Shown piece by piece: positions 20,484-30,880 of a stretch of 64,000 nucleotides of DNA (position 1 is the stretch's first letter; each line of letters opens with the position of its first letter). The translations under genes were made by a program, and so were the position numbers. The DNA is from Candidatus Poribacteria bacterium (GTDB lineage: Bacteria; Poribacteria; WGA-4E; WGA-3G), in NCBI GenBank assembly GCA_965205025.1, contig CBDBFU010000009.1, positions 170,218 through 234,217 of the forward strand, in the 5' to 3' direction. The notes beneath the pieces were generated by a model that did no database searches, had not been told where the DNA came from, and worked only from the letters and a program-made list of their open reading frames with translations.

Positions 20484-21473
20484 TTACATGTGAAATTCAA
20501 CCACATCTCCATCATGAATTACATCATTCCGACTAACAGGTTGACCGTCATGCCATTCAGGACCCCAGATACGTGCGAATTTGAATTCAGCAAAGTCTTT
20601 ATGTAAACCCATCGCAGCATCAAGAACAGTTGAACCGTTGGTAAGAATAATTGGGTCGTCTCGTTCGATTGGTTTCCCAGGTGCTTTAGGGTAAACACGC
20701 ACGATATCTAAGGTTTCATATAGATATTGTAATAGTATGTCTTTTCCTTCACCTGTTTCGGCGGAGAGAGGTAGGATCATGATTTCATCTGCATAAAATT
20801 CAGTAAGAATTTCTAATCTATCATGTGCATCTAAGGAGTCTACTTGGTTTGCAATCACGGTAGGTTTTTCCTCGTCAGTAATATTCTCTCCATCTTTTTC
20901 ATCCTCCTCAATATTATTGCCTCTTTGCTCTCTTATTACAGAAAGCAACATATCCAATTCATCTAAGATATTATCATTTGCCAAACTTACAACACCTAAA
21001 CATAAGTCCGCATTCCTAACTAAGGTTAATACTGCTGGTGAGATGAACTCAGGCATAATTGAGGGGGTATCTATTAATTGGAATTGTATATTCTCATAAG
21101 GAAGCATCCCTACTCCGGGAGTAGTTGTAGTATAAGGTGTTGGGGAGACTTCAGCTTTTGCCTTCGTGAAGTTAGAAAGAATTGAGGATTTACCACTATT
21201 CGGAGGACCAAGTAGAACTATCTGACCTGCTCCTTGTTTTGGTATGTGTTCACTAAATCCTTTTTTGCCAGATCCCTTTGCTCCCTTCCCTGATGGACCT
21301 TTTTTTATTACAGCAATGCGTTTACGTAGATCAGAGACAACCTTTTCCGTACCCTTATGTTTAGGTACGATTCGTAACATCTCTTCAAGAAGCTCTAACC
21401 GTTCTTCATCCGTTTTGGCTGCTTCATGTTGATGTTTGAGTTTATAGTAGGTTGGGGGTAGGTTTGCAGGCAT
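20484..21473 (-). CDS. DRG/OBG-family GTPase with C-terminal TGS domain
   Basis: MPANLPP, PKHKGTE, G1 GPPNSGKS, TGS region ARIWG...HDGDVVEFH; AGGAG SD before ATG 21473. Confidence 0.9.
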   Translation of the reverse strand: MPANLPPTYYKLKHQHEAAKTDEERLELLEEMLRIVPKHKGTEKVVSDLRKRIAVIKKGPSGKGAKGSGKKGFSEHIPKQGAGQIVLLGPPNSGKSSILSNFTKAKAEVSPTPYTTTTPGVGMLPYENIQFQLIDTPSIMPEFISPAVLTLVRNADLCLGVVSLANDNILDELDMLLSVIREQRGNNIEEDEKDGENITDEEKPTVIANQVDSLDAHDRLEILTEFYADEIMILPLSAETGEGKDILLQYLYETLDIVRVYPKAPGKPIERDDPIILTNGSTVLDAAMGLHKDFAEFKFARIWGPEWHDGQPVSRNDVIHDGDVVEFHM

Positions 21474-21666
21474 AATACAACTCCTAATCTTGTTTGCATT
21501 CACTCGCAATAACTGATAAAATCACAGGTGTGGGTACAGTAATATGGGATTTACTTTATGTATACAGCGTGTTGTTATACATAGAAGTTGGCTGTGTAAG
21601 AGTATAAAGAAAATCTCTATAATCGACTAATACAACCTGATTACATAGTATCAAAAATTCCGTCCT

Positions 21667-23277
21667 ATGTCAAGACGATTTGATAGATTCATTTGCAAAC
21701 TTATTCTCCATAAATGCACTATTATTGTACTCTTATCCTTGAATTCTTCTTTATATGCATCATCGAATCATGGGGATGAACTTCTGACAAAGATTTCAAC
21801 TGAATCACTCATTTCACACGTCAATTCACTACAAGAAAATGTATCACTCTTTCCCAAACAGCGTACCTACCAAACGCGTAATACACATCACGGAAAAGCG
21901 ACAGAGAATGTTGTAAAATATATCAAGCGAATGTTCACACGATCCTCCCGATTAAAGGTTTTTGAACAAGAAATAGGAGGAATCAGGAATATTATATCTG
22001 TTCTCCCACCAAAGAAAGCTTCAACCAGCAAAAAGGTATTGATTATTTGTGCCAATTATGATTCACAGGCAGTTCGTGAACCTAATTGGAATCCATTATC
22101 ATCAAGTGCACCAGGAGCAAATAAGAATGCAACTGGTATGGCAGCACTATTAGAACTGGCGAATATACTCAGTCAGTATGAATATGACCATGAAATTAGG
22201 TTTATCGCTTTGGGAGGAGAAGAACTCGGTTTCTTAGGGAGTCGCAATTATGTTCGTGAAGCTGTTTTGAGGGATAATACGCACAATGAAGTAGGTTTAG
22301 TAAGACGCAATCCGAACTCAGAAGATATTGTGGCTGTATTCAATTTAGATATGATTGGATTCAATTGGAAGAGTGATTTAGTTGAGGTAATCTCTAATAG
22401 AGAATCCGTTTGGCTGACTCGTTCACTGGAAATTGCAAACAATTGGTACGATATTGGCTTGAAAATACGCAGTACAGTTGACGAATTTGTCGATATCTCA
22501 TCCCATAAATCTTTCTGGGATTCTGGATATACTGCGGTTACATTAATTGAAAGTTCAACACCATGGAGAGACTCCCAAAATTACAATGCAAACCCTTTCT
22601 ACCATACTTATCAAGACACAATTGATAAGGTAAACTTCACTCTTGTCACGAAGGTTACCAGACTATTACTTGTAACTATTGACAGTATTCTTGTAGATAT
22701 GTTGCAGTCCAGCAGAGATATTCCTCAACTCACTTTATATTTGCCTATAAAAGTGAACCAAAATCCTTTGCCAGTTACAGGGTCATTTACATCAAATTTT
22801 CCAATTGATTTCGTAATTCATCCAAGTAGTGCTGAAGTGAAAATTGATAGAGAAACAAACACCTATAGTGCAAACATCCCTCTATCCCCAGGTGAAAATA
22901 CTGTTTATATTGTAGCCAGGTATCCTTTAGGTGCGGTATCAGTAAAACGTTCAGTAATCCTTAGTGAAGATTTTGTTTGGAAGGATCTGATTGTAGCACC
23001 CAATCCTGTTCGGTTTGATCAGCCTACTGAATTCCGTGTTGAAGGAAACTTAGAGATTTCAAGTATGAAAGTAAATATATATGATGTGCATGGGAATATT
23101 ATTAAAAGAATAGATGGCATTGGAGATAGACTTGACAAACGGGTATGGAGAACCTGGTGGAATCAGAAAACATCATACGGACTGGCTGTGTCAGGGGGTA
23201 TCTATATTTGCCAGATTTCCATTGATGTGGAGGGTGTAACTTATACTAATATCAAGAAACTCTCGATTATTCGGTAA
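21667..23277 (+). CDS. Secreted M28 peptidase-fold protein with degenerate Zn ligands and C-terminal FlgD/T9SS-like domain
   Basis: ANYDS, GANKNATG, GEELG, NLDMIG, YHT; C-terminal APNPVR...WNQK...VSGGIYIC. Confidence 0.8.
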   Translation: MSRRFDRFICKLILHKCTIIVLLSLNSSLYASSNHGDELLTKISTESLISHVNSLQENVSLFPKQRTYQTRNTHHGKATENVVKYIKRMFTRSSRLKVFEQEIGGIRNIISVLPPKKASTSKKVLIICANYDSQAVREPNWNPLSSSAPGANKNATGMAALLELANILSQYEYDHEIRFIALGGEELGFLGSRNYVREAVLRDNTHNEVGLVRRNPNSEDIVAVFNLDMIGFNWKSDLVEVISNRESVWLTRSLEIANNWYDIGLKIRSTVDEFVDISSHKSFWDSGYTAVTLIESSTPWRDSQNYNANPFYHTYQDTIDKVNFTLVTKVTRLLLVTIDSILVDMLQSSRDIPQLTLYLPIKVNQNPLPVTGSFTSNFPIDFVIHPSSAEVKIDRETNTYSANIPLSPGENTVYIVARYPLGAVSVKRSVILSEDFVWKDLIVAPNPVRFDQPTEFRVEGNLEISSMKVNIYDVHGNIIKRIDGIGDRLDKRVWRTWWNQKTSYGLAVSGGIYICQISIDVEGVTYTNIKKLSIIR

Positions 23278-23325
23278 GCGTCAATCTATAATGGAATCTG
23301 AAAATTACCTATATGTATACAACTC

Positions 23326-23556
23326 ATACCATTTCTATAGATTATTGTCTCATTAGGGGTTATTATGGTAGTCATTTTTCAGGTCACAAACTGAATGAAG
23401 ATTAATTTTTAAATCCGGTAATTTTAAAGAAAGATTCCAGTGCGGTTAGGAAACCGCACCTACCGGGTTTGGGAAAATTAGAATTACCGAAATATTTACT
23501 TAATCTTCATAAAGTTTGTGGTACAAAAAAGAGACATTTTCAATTCGAAATGGTAT
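23326..23556. mobile_element. Outer MITE-like element (ATACCATTTC TIR) with nested elements inside
   Basis: ATACCATTTC 23326-23335 and GAAATGGTAT 23547-23556 form a perfect 10-bp inverted repeat; inner TGTCTC/GAGACA also pair. Confidence 0.6.
23395..23510. mobile_element. 116-bp MITE (ATGAAGATTAA...TTAATCTTCAT) inserted in a REP loop and carrying another REP
   Basis: 11-bp perfect TIR; flanks CACAAACTGA and AAAGTTTGTGGTAC rebuild the REP seen intact at 8461; internal REP 23440-23463. Confidence 0.8.
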
Positions 23557-23587
23557 CAGTATCTACGCGCTCAAAATATAAAAATAT

Positions 23588-23616
23588 TAGACAAATCAAG
23601 AATTATATAGTATTAT
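23588..23616 (+). promoter_or_regulatory. Probable sigma70-type promoter of rpsT
   Basis: TAGACA-17 bp-TATTAT. Confidence 0.5.
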
Positions 23617-23655
23617 TATGGGTGGTATAAACCAAAATTAATAGGAGTATTACTT

Positions 23656-23919
23656 GTGCATAGATTATCAGCAAAGAAGCATGTACGAGCAGATGCGAAA
23701 AAGCGTGTTCGGAACAGACACCGTAAAGTTACACTTAGGACTGCTATAAAGAATACAGAATTAGCTCTTGAGAGTGGTGATGTAGAAAAGTCGCAGGAAT
23801 TGACTAAGCAAACTTTTGGTCTTTTAGACAGAGCAGCGGGTAAAGGTGTCATTAAAAAAGGCACTGCGAATCGACAGAAGTCAAGATTAGCACAAAAACT
23901 CAACTCGATAACTGCATAA
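23656..23919 (+). CDS. rpsT: 30S ribosomal protein S20
   Basis: SAKKHVR...LRTAIK...LDRAAGKGVIKKGTANRQKSRL; AGGAG SD. Confidence 0.96.
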   Translation: MHRLSAKKHVRADAKKRVRNRHRKVTLRTAIKNTELALESGDVEKSQELTKQTFGLLDRAAGKGVIKKGTANRQKSRLAQKLNSITA

Positions 23920-23974
23920 TTCTCTCTATCTTCTCTCCACCACCCCTAACCTAAAGCGTGTTGGTATTTGACAA

Positions 23975-25345
23975 ATGAATGCACGCCAAGTCGCGTTGGA
24001 ATGTCTATTAGAACTATCCTCATCCGATGCCACTATAGCGTCAATTGTTGACAATGCTCTTCAGAAGTACAACCTAAAAAGTAGAGAACATAGATTTGTT
24101 AATGCCCTTGTCTATGGTGTTGTCCGTTGGCAACAACAATTGGATTGGGTATTAGGACATTTTATCAATTCTCGTTTTAGATTGGACACAAAACGTCGTA
24201 CCATCCTCCGACTCGGGGTATTCCAATTACTCCACTTAAACGGTATTCCCGACCGTGCAGCCATAAATGAAACAGTAGATCTTGCCATAGAAAGTCGAAA
24301 AACGAAAGGTTTTATTAATGCTGTTTTACGTTCAATTCAACGTAATGGTGGGGAGTTAACCTACCCTCAGTTGGAATCTGACCCTATAGACCATATCTCA
24401 TATTCCTACTCATATCCAAAATGGTTAGTTGAGAGATGGCTTAAAGACTGGGGTGTAGATTGGACATTGGACTTCTGCACAGCCAGTAATAAAATTGCAC
24501 CATTATCTATCAGGACGAATACACTCCTTACAAAACCTGATGAACTACAAGCAATGTTCAGAAAGAATGGTATATCTACACGAATTTCAAACTATGTTCC
24601 TGAAGGTATAGTAATTGAAAGAAGTTCAAATACCTCTGAGAATGGTACATCACCTACATCTGAAGAAAAGGACATTAAGAGAATTCTCAATCACGAGCAT
24701 GTTTATGTTCAAGATGAGAGTGCCATGTTAATATGCCACCTACTTATGTCCGATTCCTCGAAATTTGTTGTAGATTTATGTGCTGCACCAGGGGGCAAAA
24801 CAACGCACATGGCTTGTATGATGGGTAATTCTGGAAAGATAGTTGCTATTGATACATCAGAAAAGAAACTTCTAAGATTACAAGAAAATTGTAGACGAAT
24901 GAGAATCCAGAATGTAGAAACAAAAGCATTAGATGCCGTAAAATCTGATCTCAGTTTTATTAAGGAAGCAGATGCTGTACTTATTGATGCTCCGTGTTCT
25001 GGATTTGGTACACTCCGACGACATCCTGATATTCGATGGAATAAAACCTTTAAACAACTACAATCTTTTACCCAACTTCAATATAATCTATTAAGGAATG
25101 TTGCACAACATATCAAACCAAACGGTCTATTAGTTTATAGTACATGTACAATTGAGAAAGCAGAGAATGAGGACGTAATTCAACGATTCTTGAAGAATTA
25201 TCCAATGTTCTGCGTTGAACCACCAAGTAAGGCATCAATTAATTTACCTAAGAATATAATCACCGCAGATGGTTATCTTCAAACGTTCCCACACGAACAT
25301 GATATTGATGGTGCATTTGCTGTGAGTCTCAGGAAATCAACATAG
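23975..25345 (+). CDS. rsmB: 16S rRNA m5C967 methyltransferase
   Basis: NusB-like N-terminus; VQDE, DLCAAPGGKT, DAPCSG, YSTCT. Confidence 0.95.
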   Translation: MNARQVALECLLELSSSDATIASIVDNALQKYNLKSREHRFVNALVYGVVRWQQQLDWVLGHFINSRFRLDTKRRTILRLGVFQLLHLNGIPDRAAINETVDLAIESRKTKGFINAVLRSIQRNGGELTYPQLESDPIDHISYSYSYPKWLVERWLKDWGVDWTLDFCTASNKIAPLSIRTNTLLTKPDELQAMFRKNGISTRISNYVPEGIVIERSSNTSENGTSPTSEEKDIKRILNHEHVYVQDESAMLICHLLMSDSSKFVVDLCAAPGGKTTHMACMMGNSGKIVAIDTSEKKLLRLQENCRRMRIQNVETKALDAVKSDLSFIKEADAVLIDAPCSGFGTLRRHPDIRWNKTFKQLQSFTQLQYNLLRNVAQHIKPNGLLVYSTCTIEKAENEDVIQRFLKNYPMFCVEPPSKASINLPKNIITADGYLQTFPHEHDIDGAFAVSLRKST

Positions 25346-25348
25346 AAG

Positions 25349-25966
25349 ATGATTGATTTTAATTTATATGTCATTACAAATAGACACCTTTGCCATCCAA
25401 CACCTTTACTAACCGTAATTTCTGACATCATTCAAGTTGGTGTAAAAGCCATACAGATCCGTGAGAAAGACTTAAATAGTAAGGATTTGTATAAGTTGGC
25501 TTCACCAATTTCCGAATTATGTAAAGTTAACAATGTAAATCTTTTCATAAACACTAATATACAGGTAGCTGTAGATATTGGTGCGGTAGGGGTACATCTA
25601 CCTGATATAGACTCATCAATAGATGAAATAATGAATCCTTTCAATGCCAAGTTGCAAATAGGTTGTTCAATACATGATATTGATTCAGCTAAAAGACGGG
25701 AAAATGAAGGGGCAGATTTTCTTACATATAGTCCTATCTATCCAATATTAAACAAACCTGAATCAGGACCTGCTATGGGTATTGATAACCTTGGTGATTT
25801 GGTAAAACAAGTGGCATTACCTATCTTTGCTCTTGGTGGGATAACCCCTGCCAAAGTAAAGGGTTGTATGGATATCGGAGCTGCAGGTATTGCTGTGATG
25901 TCGGGGATTATGTCACCCACATTTAGTGCTGACCGTGCATCAGAATATCTGGATGTTTTAGATTAA
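25349..25966 (+). CDS. Thiamine-phosphate synthase family protein (ThiE/TenI-like)
   Basis: LYVIT, IQIREKD, GVHLP, ALGGIT, GIAVMSGI. Confidence 0.85.
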   Translation: MIDFNLYVITNRHLCHPTPLLTVISDIIQVGVKAIQIREKDLNSKDLYKLASPISELCKVNNVNLFINTNIQVAVDIGAVGVHLPDIDSSIDEIMNPFNAKLQIGCSIHDIDSAKRRENEGADFLTYSPIYPILNKPESGPAMGIDNLGDLVKQVALPIFALGGITPAKVKGCMDIGAAGIAVMSGIMSPTFSADRASEYLDVLD

Positions 25967-26042
25967 CTGCCAAGTATCATACAGTATTTTGATTTGCCAA
26001 TTTCTCATAGAGACTTCGGAAGAAATACTTATCGGTCTGAAC

Positions 26043-29000
26043 TTAAGAATTAGAAATAAGGATTTCATTGAAGAGAGCACGAGTTTTTTCTGTCCACTTA
26101 CCATAATCTTGAAGGAATGCTTCAACAATAGGTGTATTCTCTGTTTCATTATAACCGAGTCTTCGTGCTAACTGTGTTAATTCTGCACGATTTGTGGGTA
26201 ACGCGTCTAATGCACGATCATGAACAATTCTTAGTGCGTTTTCCACCCGTCGTAGGAATTTATATGCATTGGTTAAATCTGTAGATTGACTATCTGATAA
26301 AACAGCAATATCTTTTAATTTTTCAATGGCAATGAGTGTATTTGGTACCCGTATAGAAGATTCATTTTTGCCGTGGATGAGTTGTAGGGTCTGAACTGCG
26401 AATTCAATATCAACGAGTCCCCCATATCCAGATTTGACATTTGCAGAAGGTTTTTGTGATTTTCCACTTCGTCTTCGTCGTGTTTTTGTTGTGCGTGTAG
26501 CTTGAACTTCCTTACGTTTACGTGTATGAATGATTTCTTCAACACCCTCCGCTGAGAGTGATTCCTGGTAACAGAAGGTATGAGCAATGTCCATGAATTT
26601 TTCACCTAAGTTTTTTCTATCTCCAGCTACTATACGAGCCCGAGTTAGAGCTTGGCGTTCCCAAATTTCTCCTGTCTGCGAATAGTAATTCTGGTAACCT
26701 GACAGTGGTAAAGCTATTGCTCCACCTGTACCGTATGGACGAAGTCTCAGATCTAATTCATAAATACTCATCCCGTGTTCACCCCCAAGTTGTTTACCCA
26801 ATTCTAAACCGAGTATAGAGTAATATTCTGAATTTGGCATGCCTTTTGTAGTTTTCCCATCTGCGGAATACACAAGCATCACATCTAAATCAGAACTGAA
26901 ATTCAATTCACTTCCTCCAAGTTTCCCCATACCAATTATTGCAAATGATGTATCAGAACCATCATCGGATATTGGGTCTCCGTGTTCTTTACGTATACGA
27001 TCATCAATTAATGGATATAAGGTTTGCAATATTGCTTCAGCTAAGTCAGAGAGTTCGGATGTTGTTGTCGGTAGGTCAGCATTTCCAAGTATGTGTCGTA
27101 AGGCAATACGCCATATTTCATCATTTTTATACCGCCTAATTGCACTCATAGTAAGGGTTGAAGGTGTATCCTCGATTAATTGTAGTACTTCCTCCTGTTT
27201 TTCTTGTAACGTCTTCCTACTTTCAATAAATCTTGGTATAGTTAATAAATCAAATAGCTCTGGATGTGTAATAAGTAAGTCAGCCAGATATAGACTTGTA
27301 CCACATACGCTGGTTAAAGCCGCCAGAACATCAGGTCTATCCATAAACAAATTGTAATAGCTACTTCGTGCTCCCACTTTTGCAGCAAATGCTTCAAAAT
27401 AACGGAGTGACATGTCTGGATCTGGAGCTTGCTTCAAATACTTTAATAGAGTAGGAGCGAATTGAAAGAAAGTTCTTCTGACAGATGGTGAGAATTGTTG
27501 ACCTTCACCTCCATTTGCAAGTTGTCCTAAGAGTCTATGTGCCTCACGAGTATTTTCAAACCCAAACTTACCCAATTGTTCCTGAATTTCAGTGGTGTCC
27601 TCTTGACTTAAGAGTACAGCTAAATCCAACTGGTCGGGTTCATGTATATCCAAGATCTTCTCAAAAACACTGCGAACGTGTTTTCTATGCATATCATAAT
27701 CAGACTGAAATTTCTCTAAGGGAGCATCCTTATACCCTAAAGTTATCGCAAATTGAGTCGTTTCCTCTTCCTTAGATGGAATTAAATATCGTTGTTGATC
27801 TGATTCGATTTGGATAGCATTTTCAACTCTTCGAAAGAATCTGTATGCATCACTGAGTATTTGAGTATCCTCATCTTCAAGTAGTTGAGCATTCTTCAAT
27901 TCGGTTAGTGCAACCAAAGTATTCTGAGAACATAATGACTTTCTTTTCCCTCCATGTATCATCTGTAGACACTGTACTGTAAACTCAATATCTCTAATAG
28001 TTCCAGGTCCGAGTTTAACATGTGTATCAATATCTGTTTTTTCATTTACAAGTCTTTCTTCAATCCGTGCCTTTGTATTCCAAATGTCTGCTTTGATTTC
28101 GTTAAGTGAGACACCATCTAAATAACGTTGATAGACGAATGGATGAATCATCCGGATAAATTGATTTCCGAATTCAATATCTCCTGCAACCGGTCTTGCT
28201 TTTATGAGTGCTTGTCTTTCCCATAAATCCCCCCATCCTTCATAATAACTCTCATAACTTTCCATAGAACGGATTATAACTCCTGCACTACTTTCTGGAC
28301 GTAATCGAATATCAACTCTAAAGACATACCCTTCTGAAGTAACTTCACTCATTGCTTTGATAAGAAATTCACAGAGTCTTGAATAATACTCACCGTTCTC
28401 AACTCCTTTATCCGTCTTTCCTTCGTCAGAGTATACAAAAATTAGGTCTATGTCTGAACTAAAATTTAATTCAAAACCCCCAAATTTCCCCATACCTATT
28501 ACTGCGAAACGACCTGGTTCAGATCCATCCTCATTTTGGGGTGTACCCAATTTGGGTTTCATTACCTGTTCACAACCAATTTCATAGCAGTGTTGAAGTG
28601 TAGCTTCAGCTAAATTACTCATTTCTAAAGTTGTTGTTTCTACACTATCTGCTTGCAGTATATCTCTTAGGGCGATACGAAGACTCTCCCTACGTTTATA
28701 CCGTCGAATAATAGTCAATTGCTGATCAAGATCATGATATCTACCCAGTAATGAGCCAATTTCTTGATACATACATTCTTTAGATTTCTGTATATTCATT
28801 ACATTAGCATCAATTATGTCATAGAAATAGATGGGGTATCGAATCAAAAGCTCAGATAAATAAGTAGAACTACCAAAACAGATTAGCAGGGGTTCAATCA
28901 GAAATGGAGCATCCCGTAAGAGTTTATAGATCCATCTACGGTTGAATGTAACTACAAGAAAGCGTGATAATCGGTTTAATGCAGCTTCAGGATTGGGAGC

Positions 29001-29201
29001 ATCAAGTGTGGTAACTAATAATCTGGTTACTATATCAGCAAAGCAGATTTGAGTTTCCAAATCCTCTGTTGCAAGTTCTTGTAAACTACGGAGGATAGAT
29101 TCTCTATCCAAATCTGCATTTTTATCGGTTGTATCGGATAGAATATGATTAATTTCATCTAATATATGTTGGGGGAAAGGGAGTTCTTGGTACTTCATCA
29201 T
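26043..29201 (-). CDS. glnE: Bifunctional glutamine synthetase adenylyltransferase/adenylyl-removing enzyme
   Basis: Two GMGKxGGxELNFSSDxD nucleotidyltransferase domains; DxRLRP; WERQAL twice. Confidence 0.96.
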   Translation of the reverse strand: MMKYQELPFPQHILDEINHILSDTTDKNADLDRESILRSLQELATEDLETQICFADIVTRLLVTTLDAPNPEAALNRLSRFLVVTFNRRWIYKLLRDAPFLIEPLLICFGSSTYLSELLIRYPIYFYDIIDANVMNIQKSKECMYQEIGSLLGRYHDLDQQLTIIRRYKRRESLRIALRDILQADSVETTTLEMSNLAEATLQHCYEIGCEQVMKPKLGTPQNEDGSEPGRFAVIGMGKFGGFELNFSSDIDLIFVYSDEGKTDKGVENGEYYSRLCEFLIKAMSEVTSEGYVFRVDIRLRPESSAGVIIRSMESYESYYEGWGDLWERQALIKARPVAGDIEFGNQFIRMIHPFVYQRYLDGVSLNEIKADIWNTKARIEERLVNEKTDIDTHVKLGPGTIRDIEFTVQCLQMIHGGKRKSLCSQNTLVALTELKNAQLLEDEDTQILSDAYRFFRRVENAIQIESDQQRYLIPSKEEETTQFAITLGYKDAPLEKFQSDYDMHRKHVRSVFEKILDIHEPDQLDLAVLLSQEDTTEIQEQLGKFGFENTREAHRLLGQLANGGEGQQFSPSVRRTFFQFAPTLLKYLKQAPDPDMSLRYFEAFAAKVGARSSYYNLFMDRPDVLAALTSVCGTSLYLADLLITHPELFDLLTIPRFIESRKTLQEKQEEVLQLIEDTPSTLTMSAIRRYKNDEIWRIALRHILGNADLPTTTSELSDLAEAILQTLYPLIDDRIRKEHGDPISDDGSDTSFAIIGMGKLGGSELNFSSDLDVMLVYSADGKTTKGMPNSEYYSILGLELGKQLGGEHGMSIYELDLRLRPYGTGGAIALPLSGYQNYYSQTGEIWERQALTRARIVAGDRKNLGEKFMDIAHTFCYQESLSAEGVEEIIHTRKRKEVQATRTTKTRRRRSGKSQKPSANVKSGYGGLVDIEFAVQTLQLIHGKNESSIRVPNTLIAIEKLKDIAVLSDSQSTDLTNAYKFLRRVENALRIVHDRALDALPTNRAELTQLARRLGYNETENTPIVEAFLQDYGKWTEKTRALFNEILISNS

Positions 29202-29425
29202 TTCACTCTATATATTGCTATAATTCCTTATTCTATCATATTAAAACACGGTAGACAATCCTATTTCATACGGATTGGATGTGTAAGGTTTTTGGCACTT
29301 TACATAATATTAACATGATGAGTTTGATAAATCAGATTTTTATGTTTGGTGCGGTTAGGAAACCGAAGTTACCGGTCCTGGATATTAACTAAATTGACGC
29401 CTATAGTGCGGTTAGGAAACCGCAC

Positions 29426-30880
29426 TATAGGCGTCAATTTTAGAAAAAGGATGTCTGATTTTTCAATAATAATTATTGTTAAGTGAAAACATCTCCTATA
29501 TAATGTATAAAAATATTACCTTTTACTTTATACAAGAGGTGTTTCCAATGAATACATTATCACAGGTTCCTGAAAAAATGCAACAGATTCTAACAACCAT
29601 TGCTGATGAAGCAGCCCTTGAAACAGGATTTTGCAAAAGAAATCGAAAACTTGCGGGGAGTCATTTTGCTCAGACACTTATTTATAGTTGGTTAGAAAAT
29701 CCTGATGCCACCTATACTCAACTTACACATACTGCTGCTTCTCTCGGTACTCCAATCTCACGACAAGCGATTGAACAACGATTTACTGCTGAAGCTGCAC
29801 AAACCCTCAAAGCAATCCTTGACGCGGCTGCGTCCGAAGTGATTTCTGCGGATCCACAAGTTCTCCCACTCCTTGAACAGTTCAACGGTATCTATATACA
29901 AGATAGTTCTTGGATAACACTCCCTGATACGCTTCACGATATTTGGGAAGGTGCCAGTAAAAAGGATTATCCGAACAAATCCGAACTGAAACTCCATCTA
30001 CGCTTCGATGTTGCTACAGGGACATTCGAACACTTTCAACTCACCAACGGCATCACCGCTGATAGCACTGTAGAAAAACAGATTGACCGGCTCCCCCAAG
30101 GGAGTTTACGCCTTGCGGATCTCGGTTATTTTTCGCTACAAACCCTTCAAGAACTTACGGACGAAGGGGTCTTTTGGATTTCACGGTATAAAGTTAGGTG
30201 TTCGGTTTTTGACAATACAGGAAAGCCTCTTTGTTTACATAAATGGCTCAAGTTTCAGACCGAAAACATTATCGAAACAGATATTTTCATAGGTTCAAAA
30301 AAGCGGATGAAAGTAAGATTAGTAGCTCAGAGACTCTCCGAAGAAGAAACCGAAAAACGACGACGAGATATCAACTATCGTGCTAAACGAAAGCATACAC
30401 AAGCATCACAGGCACGACTCCAACTCGCAGGTTGGAATATCTACATTACAAATATTGGAACGGATCAACTCACCGCTGAACAGATATGTGTCATTGCGCG
30501 GATTCGATGGCAGATCGAGTTGATATTTAAGTGCTTTAAAAGCCTTGGAAAAGTAGACACATCACGAAGTAAAAAACCGTATCGTATTCTATGTGAAATA
30601 TATGCTAAACTGATCGCTGCAATCATTCGGCATTGGGTGATGTTGGTCATAGGATGGCGATGTTTACGGCATAGTTTATCGAAAACAGTAGAGCTTATTA
30701 CGTCCTACACACGCACAATCACAATAAGCTTTCGCAAGTCAAAGAGACATCTTAGAGAGACATTTGATGAGATAAAACAAGTATTCGAAAACGGGTGCTA
30801 CATTGAAAGAAGAGCTAATAGAAAAACAACATTGGAATATCTTGAAAATGCTACAAAAAACCGCTAAATTGACGCCTATG
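29426..30880 (+). mobile_element. IS4-family insertion sequence (1455 bp) flanked by identical 20-bp REP hairpins
   Basis: IRL TATAGGCGTCAATTTTAG (29426-29443); IRR CTAAATTGACGCCTATG (30864-30880); GTGCGGTTAGGAAACCGCAC at 29406-29425 and 30881-30900. Confidence 0.9.
29548..30867 (+). CDS. IS4-family DDE transposase
   Basis: QDSS, ADLGY, RWQIELIFK; GAGGTG SD before ATG 29548; stop codon lies inside the IRR. Confidence 0.93.
   Translation: MNTLSQVPEKMQQILTTIADEAALETGFCKRNRKLAGSHFAQTLIYSWLENPDATYTQLTHTAASLGTPISRQAIEQRFTAEAAQTLKAILDAAASEVISADPQVLPLLEQFNGIYIQDSSWITLPDTLHDIWEGASKKDYPNKSELKLHLRFDVATGTFEHFQLTNGITADSTVEKQIDRLPQGSLRLADLGYFSLQTLQELTDEGVFWISRYKVRCSVFDNTGKPLCLHKWLKFQTENIIETDIFIGSKKRMKVRLVAQRLSEEETEKRRRDINYRAKRKHTQASQARLQLAGWNIYITNIGTDQLTAEQICVIARIRWQIELIFKCFKSLGKVDTSRSKKPYRILCEIYAKLIAAIIRHWVMLVIGWRCLRHSLSKTVELITSYTRTITISFRKSKRHLRETFDEIKQVFENGCYIERRANRKTTLEYLENATKNR

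Noticed and set aside
29476-29547. Longer TTG-start N-terminus for the transposase
   Set aside because: ATG at 29548 has a GAGGTG SD; the upstream stretch looks like promoter DNA
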